Positions 9,368-17,686 of a stretch of DNA of 64,000 nt are shown here, piece after piece. This stretch comes from a virus (lineage: Duplodnaviria; Caudoviricetes), in IMG/VR virus record IMGVR_UViG_3300048549_001527; one strand, given 5' to 3'. Numbering within the stretch: position 1 is the stretch's first letter; every line of letters starts with the position of its first letter. The notes below the pieces were generated by a model. The model was not told the DNA's origin. It was given only the letters and a program-made list of their open reading frames with translations, and made no database searches. A program made the translations under genes and the position numbers.

Positions 9368-10020
9368 TATATAAAAGCCTGAGGAACTATGTCTTTATTC
9401 CACCAATATTTGTAGTCTTGCCTGTAATAGAATTTGATTGTATTTATATCATTTTCAGTAAGCTTTATTTTATCTTTATGTTCAGATCCACCGGTTTGAC
9501 GTTTAATTGGCTGTACGTCTCTTCCGCTTATTTTTGAAAGAAACTTTGCAACCTTATCCATTTCGTTGATTGTGAATACTTTATCAAATTTTTCGGGTTC
9601 GTATCCTATTTCTCTGACCATAGGTAAAGTATGGTGAGTAAGATCACCGTTATTGTATTTACCGAGGCGTAACACAAACTCTTCCCAACCGCCAGGAACC
9701 GATCCTTTGCCGTGGTATAAAACTCTATTTGTGTATGCTGATTTTAATCGTTCTATAGGATCACGTATCATACAAATCCTATAGTGTATTTTATCGTAAA
9801 AATTTTCATCGTGGAGCTTGTGAAACTTAGTACTTTGCCCGCGGTACGAGTCTTTATAATCTCGTTCTTTTTCAGGCTTGCCCCAATCTCTTGAAATTTC
9901 ATTGTGCCAATCTAAACCTTCAGCATCAAGCATCATTGTTTTAACCGAGGTTCCACCACACTTTGGTGTATGTACAAAACTAACAACTATATCATTTATA
10001 TTTGCACAAAATCTTGGCAT
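9367..10020 (-). CDS. Sulfotransferase family 2 protein
   Basis: FVHTPKCGGTSV and IRDPIERLKSAY motifs. Confidence 0.8.
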   Translation of the reverse strand: MPRFCANINDIVVSFVHTPKCGGTSVKTMMLDAEGLDWHNEISRDWGKPEKERDYKDSYRGQSTKFHKLHDENFYDKIHYRICMIRDPIERLKSAYTNRVLYHGKGSVPGGWEEFVLRLGKYNNGDLTHHTLPMVREIGYEPEKFDKVFTINEMDKVAKFLSKISGRDVQPIKRQTGGSEHKDKIKLTENDINTIKFYYRQDYKYWWNKDIVPQAFI

Positions 10021-10042
10021 AATATACTTATACTCCTATAAA

Positions 10043-10068
10043 CAAAAAGGGCAACCAAAGCTGCCCTG
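10043..10068 (-). terminator. Intrinsic terminator
   Basis: Minus strand gggcagc-tttg-gttgccc followed by ttttt. Confidence 0.65.
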
Positions 10069-10069
10069 T

Positions 10070-10077
10070 TATTTATA
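10070..10077 (-). promoter_or_regulatory. T4-type late promoter TATAAATA
   Basis: Exact consensus upstream of the sulfotransferase/GT genes. Confidence 0.65.
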
Positions 10078-10285
10078 AGACTTTACAGTCAAAGTTAGAT
10101 GGTCCATTTTGTATGGGTACTCCGCCTGCTTCTATGCAAGCTTCACCCCAAGTAGGTTGTTTAAACTCTTGAATTACTGCAAAAAACCCAAATGCAATAC
10201 ACACTACAGTCAAAAGTGTCATTACAAAGAAAGAGTAGAAACCAACCTTGTCGACTATTTCAGCCGCAGGCGTTGTTGGGCCCAT
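10073..10285 (-). CDS. Small membrane protein
   Basis: One hydrophobic segment; C-terminal C...C pair. Confidence 0.5.
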   Translation of the reverse strand: MGPTTPAAEIVDKVGFYSFFVMTLLTVVCIAFGFFAVIQEFKQPTWGEACIEAGGVPIQNGPSNFDCKVL

Positions 10286-10510
10286 TTAGACAACGGCAAA
10301 CATTAACAACAACGCTACAAGAAACGCAAAGATTCCTAACGCTTCAGCAAATGCAATACCAACAAACATTGTGGATGTATCAGATTTTTTAGGCATTACT
10401 TTAAATACGCTACCAACAATCATTCCAACTGCAATAGCTGCGCCACCCATACCAAAAGTAGCAAGGCCTGCGCCAATCAAGGCACCCATCGTTGCAATAT
10501 CACCGGTCAT
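10286..10510 (-). CDS. atpE: ATP synthase F0 subunit c-like protein with a divergent loop
   Basis: GAGLA..G.GGAAI.VG glycine stripe and [26 protein letters not shown]-terminal helix with the conserved Glu. Confidence 0.9.
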   Translation of the reverse strand: MTGDIATMGALIGAGLATFGMGGAAIAVGMIVGSVFKVMPKKSDTSTMFVGIAFAEALGIFAFLVALLLMFAVV

Positions 10511-10688
10511 TATACAACCCTTTGATTTCCATCATACACGCTTTCGATTCCTCGTGATATCCAAGTCTTGCGAGCTCCGCTGCCGCTCTCGAGTATCCCA
10601 CTACTTGGGCCCAACGATCTATTGAAGACCACAAGCCAGACAATGGCGAAAAGACATAATTGCTTACTAATGCTGTCATTAAACCCAT
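10500..10688 (-). CDS. Small hypothetical protein, Rhodobacteraceae-like
   Basis: [17 protein letters not shown] pattern; coupled to the DUF1127 gene. Confidence 0.55.
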   Translation of the reverse strand: MGLMTALVSNYVFSPLSGLWSSIDRWAQVVGYSRAAAELARLGYHEESKACMMEIKGLYNDR

Positions 10689-10933
10689 CCCTGTAAATTG
10701 TTATTTGCTTTTACATTATCAATGCAGGTTGACGTACGAGCGATTGTATAAATGTCGCCACGTGTAATTCCAATATCATCTAGTTCTGCATTTGTTAATG
10801 ATCGTAAAGCTTTTTCCGTTTGGCGAATTGCTTTACGTTCAATTCTTTTTTCGTTTACTGATTTTAAAAAATCTAATAGGCCTTCGATTGCGCCTGTTAA
10901 GTGGCTGTGCGCCGTAAGGATTGCTTGTGTCAT
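10679..10933 (-). CDS. DUF1127 (YjiS-like) small protein
   Basis: R...R.T.K.LRSLTNAELDDIGITRGDI signature. Confidence 0.8.
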   Translation of the reverse strand: MTQAILTAHSHLTGAIEGLLDFLKSVNEKRIERKAIRQTEKALRSLTNAELDDIGITRGDIYTIARTSTCIDNVKANNNLQGWV

Positions 10934-11101
10934 TTCCGTTTCCTCTAATATATGTGTATGTATGATCCGATCCTAGACCCCACGCCTAGGTTTAATCCTT
11001 TTTACAAATATATTTATTAGAGAAATGGGTAAACAATGGTTACCAATTTGATATAGCCGGATTGCTTCTAATGCAACAGCGACATTATGTCAAATTGACT
11101 T

Positions 11102-11482
11102 TTAAGAATATCCGCCGGTTTTATTTAGTTTGAGGATGCAATGGAATTCACCATCACCAATGAGGCGAATATCAGCTTCAGAATATGCGTTGTCTACGAA
11201 ACCAACAAAGGTATGTTCAGATGCCCCAACCAAATAGTAATGACCGTGTGACGCAACGCCGTCCCATCTGTTTACATCAATATGCTTATTTGGTTTTACA
11301 CCCCAGAATATTTCTTTGAGAGTAACATTAGCATCGCCTGCAGTATAAGTTTCGCCTGGTGCTATAAGTGTAGATAAAGCAATATCAACTATTTCGCCAG
11401 AAGCTTCTGAAGAGTAAACTTTGACTACTGCTTCGTTTTTATCTCGTTTTAAGTAATGTATTTCAGCCATTATTTCTGCCAT
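11102..11482 (-). CDS. Hypothetical protein
   Basis: 126-aa ORF overlapping the upstream stop. Confidence 0.5.
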   Translation of the reverse strand: MAEIMAEIHYLKRDKNEAVVKVYSSEASGEIVDIALSTLIAPGETYTAGDANVTLKEIFWGVKPNKHIDVNRWDGVASHGHYYLVGASEHTFVGFVDNAYSEADIRLIGDGEFHCILKLNKTGGYS

Positions 11483-12711
11483 CCCTTAATATATTTGTCT
11501 GAAAAGTTTGCTGCTGAAAATTGTAAGCGGTCAACAAGTTTTAACGCATTCTTACCATAACGGTCGATTGCCACAAAACCTTCTTGGCCTGTAACTTCAA
11601 ATCCTTTATTCGTTTTAAGCAATGTTTTCAATCCGTCAACTTTTTCAAGTTTGCGTACGATCATATGTTTTGCATCTACGATTAGGTTATACATTGTGAA
11701 TAAATTTTCAATATCTTTTGGTTTGTTTGTTTTAAAGAACTTCATTGCGTCGGCTTTCTTAGCTTCCCAAGTTGCCTTACCTTTTGGTGATTTCTTTGCG
11801 GCAATTTCTCCATCGTACCAATCGTTAAGATATTTTGTTAATCCTTTAACAAACACTTTTGGATTACCTACACGCTGGCCTTCACGTACTTTAACGTTAA
11901 TATAGGTATTTACTCTCATATTGAGTTCTTTATTGGTTGAAGGCAGTAAACCATCAAATGTCTTTTTAGGAATTACACGAAATAATGTTCCGATTTGAGA
12001 AAGGATCCTTGTAATTTCTGCAGTTTCGTCTGCGGTAAAATTAGCTGTACCTGATTGATCTTTAAATACTGCATCAACTGACCATACTGATTTTACTTTT
12101 TTGAGGCTTGAAGCAATCTCCTCTCCAAAACTTGCAGACATTGATTCAAACGCATCTCCTCGGTAGACTGTATGCCAGACCACACCGACCTTGGATCCGA
12201 GTATTGCTTTACCAAGTTCTGATGATTTAGGTACCGCATAAACAATCGTATTAGGATGGAAAGTAAGATGCGATTCACCATCAATCGTTTCTTCTTTAAT
12301 ATCACTTCTTTCATATAAAAAATCGCCTTGTACTACACCCTTAATCCCAAGTTTTGAAAACTCGTCAAGGGCAACTTTCAATTTGGAATTAAGATCGCCT
12401 TTACCAACAGTATCAGCATCAATATCAGCATGCGTTTTGTAAACTTTAGGGTTTTTATTAAACACGCCTTTTTTAGCTACAAAGAACTTTCCGTCACTTG
12501 GATCTGTTCCTGCAAATACGGCTGGAGCGCCATCCCATTTAACACTTATGTTAACAGCAGACTTAGTGTTGCCGCTAAGCATATCACGAATATCACGGAG
12601 ATAGTTGATAACATTTCTTGTTCCTTTTATACCGCCATCTATAACAGCATCTTCAGCATGCGTCATATGAAGATTTTTATCTTCTGTTATAAACGATTTA
12701 AAACTTTTCAT
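11470..12711 (-). CDS. Conserved T4-like phage protein with ATP-dependent ligase-like nucleotidyltransferase motifs and capsid-targeting-like N-terminus
   Basis: SVKWDG (motif I), VQGDFLY (III), QEGFV (IV), LKLV (V); starts MKSFKSFITE. Confidence 0.6.
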   Translation of the reverse strand: MKSFKSFITEDKNLHMTHAEDAVIDGGIKGTRNVINYLRDIRDMLSGNTKSAVNISVKWDGAPAVFAGTDPSDGKFFVAKKGVFNKNPKVYKTHADIDADTVGKGDLNSKLKVALDEFSKLGIKGVVQGDFLYERSDIKEETIDGESHLTFHPNTIVYAVPKSSELGKAILGSKVGVVWHTVYRGDAFESMSASFGEEIASSLKKVKSVWSVDAVFKDQSGTANFTADETAEITRILSQIGTLFRVIPKKTFDGLLPSTNKELNMRVNTYINVKVREGQRVGNPKVFVKGLTKYLNDWYDGEIAAKKSPKGKATWEAKKADAMKFFKTNKPKDIENLFTMYNLIVDAKHMIVRKLEKVDGLKTLLKTNKGFEVTGQEGFVAIDRYGKNALKLVDRLQFSAANFSDKYIKGWQK

Positions 12712-13481
12712 ATTTCTACCTTAAATAGCTGTGCAATAGATTTTTCCATTACATCTAAATTTATCATTACATTCTTTGCACTTGTTACTGGCGCAATGTT
12801 ATAATCTGACCGATTCTGTCTAATTATACCAAATGTTAACTCAAATGTAAACTGATAATTTCCGCCACCTTTGTTTTGTACTCTTGCCCTATAACCTGCT
12901 GTTGCTAATTTACCAAAGGTTCTTAGTCCTTTTAGATTTAACGGATTTTTCTGTCCTAGCAAATACAAGCCGTGTGTACCAACATTAATATAATAAGTGT
13001 CCTTTGTGTTATAATAGCCTTCTATTTCAGTAGATGGTATTTCACCTTTTACATCAGGAAACCTTTTCAGTTCTTTTGCGTATTGTTCTCTTTTTGTTAA
13101 TATTTTCTTTTCGTTTATCAATAATGCAGAAGTAGCAAACTTATATGACTCAATACCGTCCCACGCTTTGTTAATTTTGTCTAATGCCTTTGCGCGTATT
13201 GCAACTGCTTTTATAAATCTTTTTTCAACATCTTTTACTGGTATTTCATCAAATTGCCATTTACCATTTATATATTTTAAAACTAAAGATCCACCTGATG
13301 CCGCTGGCGATATCTTTAATTCACAGCCGCTTTGTCCTAATGCCCTAGGTCCTGGCTTTTTAATTATTAAATCCGGTTGATCTGCTCCTGCTCCTGCTGG
13401 AGTAAAAGTAGCCGGTACTAAATCATATTTCTTTAACGCATCCGATGCGTATCGCTCATATACAAAACCTAACTGTGCCAT
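12708..13481 (-). CDS. PD-(D/E)XK nuclease-like protein
   Basis: YERY...QPDLII...GCELK arrangement. Confidence 0.55.
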   Translation of the reverse strand: MAQLGFVYERYASDALKKYDLVPATFTPAGAGADQPDLIIKKPGPRALGQSGCELKISPAASGGSLVLKYINGKWQFDEIPVKDVEKRFIKAVAIRAKALDKINKAWDGIESYKFATSALLINEKKILTKREQYAKELKRFPDVKGEIPSTEIEGYYNTKDTYYINVGTHGLYLLGQKNPLNLKGLRTFGKLATAGYRARVQNKGGGNYQFTFELTFGIIRQNRSDYNIAPVTSAKNVMINLDVMEKSIAQLFKVEI

Positions 13482-14536
13482 TAGAAATTAATTTTATTAT
13501 TAACCTTAACATCTGGGTCAGTTTCAAAGAATGACATTACGTTTGATACCTTGCCTGAAATAAACGATCTAGCCTTTTTGATACCTTGACCGATCTTACC
13601 TTTTAACCTGCTGATAACGTTTCTAAACATTCCTTCTTCAAGCTCAACTTCTTCTTTGAGTTTTGCATCAACGATAAGTGAAATAACAGACCAGAAGTTA
13701 TACTCGCCAGTTTTTACGCCTTTTAATTTACGGGAGGATGTTTTAAACCGAGCTTGTAGCTTCATTGCATCAGCAATCTTTTTACAATACGCATCGTCAT
13801 ATACTGAGGTGATTTTAGTTGAAGATCCGTTGTGATCTGATACAACCATAAACTCTGCGGCTGAATTACTTGTTTCGCCATACTTAACAAAACCTGACAT
13901 AGCTTCACGCGCAAACTCAATTTTAAATTGTTCACTTTCCTCAAACAACTTGCCGAGTTCAACCATAATTTGTTTATGAGCAGCTTCACCTCGGTTAACT
14001 ACCGGATTATTTCCTGCTTTAATAATAGGTCTTAATTGAGATGGTGCAAGCTGGGCAGTAACAAAGTCATCAAAAATACCTAATACTTTTTTTAGTTGCG
14101 GCGATTTTGAAATATTTACTTTTTCCATCGCAGCATAAAAAGTTGCAGTTGACTCTGCTTTACCGCCTGACATTAATTGTGCCATACCAATTTTCAATGA
14201 TAGTCTTTTATCGCCAATTAGTATATCGGTTTTTGGAGTTGTATCAGTAGCACCGTGGCCGCTCCAAAAAGAAGTAAGACTTGATTTAGCACGACCATAT
14301 TGTTCAGCTTTAACTTTGTCGCCAAGTTTAAAATGAGATTTAATTGATTGTGCAATTTTTTTACCGGCATCAACATACTGAGGTTGCGCCATAATGCTAT
14401 CGTATACCTTTTGCGATATACCCGCAGCTTCAGGATTAATTTCTTGTCCAGTGATTTCGTGCCATCCAATCACAATTGCCGCTTCAAAATCTTCAGCCTT
14501 AATAGCTTCGGTAAGGTGTGTCTTGAACCCCTTCAT
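13481..14536 (-). CDS. PD-(D/E)XK-like nuclease with capsid-targeting-like N-terminus
   Basis: DFEAAI...PKTDILIGDKRLSLK; starts MKGFKTHLTE. Confidence 0.5.
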   Translation of the reverse strand: MKGFKTHLTEAIKAEDFEAAIVIGWHEITGQEINPEAAGISQKVYDSIMAQPQYVDAGKKIAQSIKSHFKLGDKVKAEQYGRAKSSLTSFWSGHGATDTTPKTDILIGDKRLSLKIGMAQLMSGGKAESTATFYAAMEKVNISKSPQLKKVLGIFDDFVTAQLAPSQLRPIIKAGNNPVVNRGEAAHKQIMVELGKLFEESEQFKIEFAREAMSGFVKYGETSNSAAEFMVVSDHNGSSTKITSVYDDAYCKKIADAMKLQARFKTSSRKLKGVKTGEYNFWSVISLIVDAKLKEEVELEEGMFRNVISRLKGKIGQGIKKARSFISGKVSNVMSFFETDPDVKVNNKINF

Positions 14537-14566
14537 AGTCTTTCCTCTTATAGAATAATCTAGGGT

Positions 14567-14574
14567 TATTTATA
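14567..14574 (-). promoter_or_regulatory. T4-type late promoter TATAAATA
   Basis: Exact consensus about 30 nt upstream of ATG 14536. Confidence 0.7.
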
Positions 14575-14580
14575 AAATAT

Positions 14581-14760
14581 TTAGATCCTCTGCATCACAA
14601 AAGCTGGTATGTTACCTTCAAACCCAGAACCTAAATTGAGTTTACGAGCCATATCGTTTGCTTTTTGCTTATCAAGACTTAGTTGAATTGGAAGATCTTG
14701 ATCTTTGTCCCAAATCATATATTGATCTTTTACTTCAGTTTTGCGTACTACGTAACTCAC
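14581..14760 (-). CDS. 59-aa hypothetical protein (not in ORF track)
   Basis: GTG start overlapping the gp41 stop: MSYVVRKTEVKDQYMIWD...RKLNLGSGFEGNIPAFVMQRI. Confidence 0.55.
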   Translation of the reverse strand: MSYVVRKTEVKDQYMIWDKDQDLPIQLSLDKQKANDMARKLNLGSGFEGNIPAFVMQRI

Positions 14761-16178
14761 ATTAAATCTCCTGTATCAAATAAACCTTTTTTCTTTTTGC
14801 CAAATTGAGTATTATCAAATATTGGGGTATCTGTTAAGGATGGTTTTTGAAAAGACGTGTTGGCTGCAGGCTGGTCATTTGATATTCCATTTTGCGCGCC
14901 ATCTTCCAAATCGTATAATTTCATTTTTGATCTATCAACACCAACCACAAACCTACGATAATAACTAAGATCGTTCCAACGGTTTTTCAACTGTTTAATC
15001 ATTAGTTGTCCAAGCTGATCTAAATCTTCAGATGTGATTAGGCCTAGAATACAGTCAGCAGTATGGGTAATTCCCATACTTTCAGAAGTATTAGTGAGAT
15101 CCACGTCAGAGTTGCCGTAACCATCACGATTAAACTGAGAACTAGTAACCACAGCACAATTATATTCCATCGCAAGACCACGTACCTCCTCAGCGATTGA
15201 TTTTACAAGAGTGTATGAGTTAGCCGCCGCGGCGCCTTTTACTCTTGCAGACGCACAAATATTCAAATAGTCAATAAAGATAATATCAGGCGCAAAGTTG
15301 CGTTTCATTTTTAATTCGTTAAGTAAATGCCTAAAGTGGCCAACATGAGCAGAGCCAGTTGGATATTCTTTAACGACTAACTTACCAGTTGTTTTTGATG
15401 TAAATCTGCCAATTCTTTTTGCAAACACGTCGCGTGGAGTTTCAGAAACTTCGTCAATAGTAACGTCCATCATATTAGCATCAATACGTTCAGAGATGCG
15501 TTCTTCAGCCATTTCCATTGTAATATATAAAACGTTCTTACCCATCATTAATGCCGACGCAGCATGGTGACATTTGACTAATGATTTACCACCACCAGTT
15601 GTGGCGAGCAATACAGTCATAGATTTGCGAGGTAGACCACCTTTAGTAATCTTGTTGAGTAATTCAATATCGAATGGAATGCGCTCTTCTTTCTTATGAT
15701 AAAAGTCATAGCGGCTTTCGTAGTCTTCGAGATAATCGTGGCCGATGCTTGTATCAAAACTGATTGATAATGAATTAGATAATAACTCAGGTAATGAACC
15801 TTTATCCATTTCTTTATCTTCGCCGTCAATTACGAGGATTGCTTTACGAATAGAATTGAATAAGTCTTTATCTTGACAAAACTTTTCGGTTTCTTTTACA
15901 AGCCAATCAAAGTCTGTTCCTTGGTCAATTGCCATATTATCAACCTCGGACATAATGCCTTTATAACTATCTTCATTAAGGTCTTTACGTTTATCCAACG
16001 AAATCTTTAATGCTTCAATTGAAGGCGGAGATTTGTATTCATCAACATATCCAGAATACGTATCAAATATTTTCTTAAGGCTATTATCGTCAAAATACTC
16101 CTGTTTGATGTAAGGATATACTTTACGAAAATAATCTTCGTTAAATATTAAGTTTGCTAATACTGTTTTTTCAATCAT
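14757..16178 (-). CDS. 41: Replicative DNA helicase gp41
   Basis: Walker A ATTGGGKS, FIDYLN, SSQFNRDG, KQLKNRW; T4 gp41 architecture. Confidence 0.95.
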   Translation of the reverse strand: MIEKTVLANLIFNEDYFRKVYPYIKQEYFDDNSLKKIFDTYSGYVDEYKSPPSIEALKISLDKRKDLNEDSYKGIMSEVDNMAIDQGTDFDWLVKETEKFCQDKDLFNSIRKAILVIDGEDKEMDKGSLPELLSNSLSISFDTSIGHDYLEDYESRYDFYHKKEERIPFDIELLNKITKGGLPRKSMTVLLATTGGGKSLVKCHHAASALMMGKNVLYITMEMAEERISERIDANMMDVTIDEVSETPRDVFAKRIGRFTSKTTGKLVVKEYPTGSAHVGHFRHLLNELKMKRNFAPDIIFIDYLNICASARVKGAAAANSYTLVKSIAEEVRGLAMEYNCAVVTSSQFNRDGYGNSDVDLTNTSESMGITHTADCILGLITSEDLDQLGQLMIKQLKNRWNDLSYYRRFVVGVDRSKMKLYDLEDGAQNGISNDQPAANTSFQKPSLTDTPIFDNTQFGKKKKGLFDTGDLM

Positions 16179-16204
16179 AAGAATTCCTGTGTGTAAAGAT
16201 AAAT

Positions 16205-16233
16205 GATGGCGCCTAACTTAATAGCCGCCATCT
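16205..16233 (-). terminator. Hairpin, possible terminator
   Basis: gatggcg...cgccatc inverted repeat between uvsX and 41. Confidence 0.45.
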
Positions 16234-16278
16234 TTAATATTATAGTATTATACATTTCGTATAATGTCAACAACTATT

Positions 16279-17373
16279 TTAGCTTTCAATAACTTCTTCA
16301 AATACTTCATCACGGTCATCATCATCACGCATAATACTACCTGAAGCTCCAATTGTAAATGTATTCCGTACATATTCTTTGAAGTCTGTAGTTTCAAACA
16401 TCATATTCCAAAATTCACCGTTATCGTTAACTTCTTTAGCACGCATTAACTTTTGTGAAATAACTTCACCAGTTGCTGGATTTACTGCTTCATACCAACC
16501 AACTTTTGGTTTACGCAAGTAGCCACCTTTTTCAGCAACATCCATTAAACCCGACCATTTAACAATACCGCCATCCCAACTTACACTAATTGGAATTTTA
16601 GATTTTTCTTTAACATGGCGTGACTTTTCAATATTGATAACAAAATGATAACCTTGGATTTCAGTACCAACTTTATCTTGTTGTCGACCAACAATCCAAA
16701 TAGCATCAGCTGAATAATAAATGCCTGTACCGCCCGAAACAATAGCCTTAGGAAACAATCCAATTTCTTGATAAGTATGGTTAACTGCAATCAAAGGGAT
16801 GTCTTTAAGATTAAGGTGTGGTGTTACAATACGGAACAAAGACTTTAAAGATTTAGCCCGAGACATATCCGCAACGGATTTTTCATTCATTGCGTCCTCA
16901 ACTTCTTTCTTTGAAGCCAAGTTGCCGACCGAGTCAATAATAATACAGACATGGTCTTTTTTATCAATTTGATCTAATTGGTTACTAATATCAAACTTGA
17001 GTTCTTCAACATTGGTAATCGGCGTATGAACTACGCGATCCATATCAATACCAAATGACTCGAAGTATGCTTGAGGCGTACCAAATTCTGAATCATAAAA
17101 GAGCAGGATTGCATCTTTGTATTTGTTCATATATGCGGCCGCCGTCAATAATGCAAACGCAGATTTGAAGTGTTTAGATGGACCTGCCAAAACCAATAGT
17201 CCTGGGCTAAGACCGCCATCAGTATCACCTGATAACGCTACATTAACCATAGGAACTGGTGTTGGCGCCATTTCTTTTTTACCAAAAACCTTCGACTCAG
17301 ATAACTGAGCTGTTAATTTAATAGTAGAGTTTTTCACTAGTTTGTCTAATAGACTCATATTATTTTCCCTCAA
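16279..17373 (-). CDS. uvsX: RecA-like recombinase UvsX
   Basis: LAGPSKHFKS, DSEFG, IIDSVGNLAS, VSGGTG motifs. Confidence 0.95.
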   Translation of the reverse strand: MRENNMSLLDKLVKNSTIKLTAQLSESKVFGKKEMAPTPVPMVNVALSGDTDGGLSPGLLVLAGPSKHFKSAFALLTAAAYMNKYKDAILLFYDSEFGTPQAYFESFGIDMDRVVHTPITNVEELKFDISNQLDQIDKKDHVCIIIDSVGNLASKKEVEDAMNEKSVADMSRAKSLKSLFRIVTPHLNLKDIPLIAVNHTYQEIGLFPKAIVSGGTGIYYSADAIWIVGRQQDKVGTEIQGYHFVINIEKSRHVKEKSKIPISVSWDGGIVKWSGLMDVAEKGGYLRKPKVGWYEAVNPATGEVISQKLMRAKEVNDNGEFWNMMFETTDFKEYVRNTFTIGASGSIMRDDDDRDEVFEEVIES

Positions 17374-17686
17374 CGATCTTCAATAGTTTAGCTTTATAAG
17401 ACTCAATTTTACCAACTCTGTCGGGCCAGTAAATTGTAGACTTATCCGCATTCTTACACAAGTTATCTAAGAATGGGGAGATTGATTTATATAGAAGTTC
17501 TAAACGATATTCAAAGTCGTCAGCAGCTACTTTAGCATCAGTAAGTTGATCCTCAAGTGATTGCTTTTCACTACTGACTTCTTGAATTTTTTGTTCGGCC
17601 ACAGCTTCTTTTTCTTGAAGCTCTTCATCAATAAAGCTGAAGCCGAAATCGAAATCTAAAACCTCTTCGTAGGTTTTATTAACCAT
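17360..17686 (-). CDS. Hypothetical coiled-coil protein
   Basis: 108-aa ORF coupled between 32 and uvsX. Confidence 0.55.
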   Translation of the reverse strand: MVNKTYEEVLDFDFGFSFIDEELQEKEAVAEQKIQEVSSEKQSLEDQLTDAKVAADDFEYRLELLYKSISPFLDNLCKNADKSTIYWPDRVGKIESYKAKLLKIVEGK

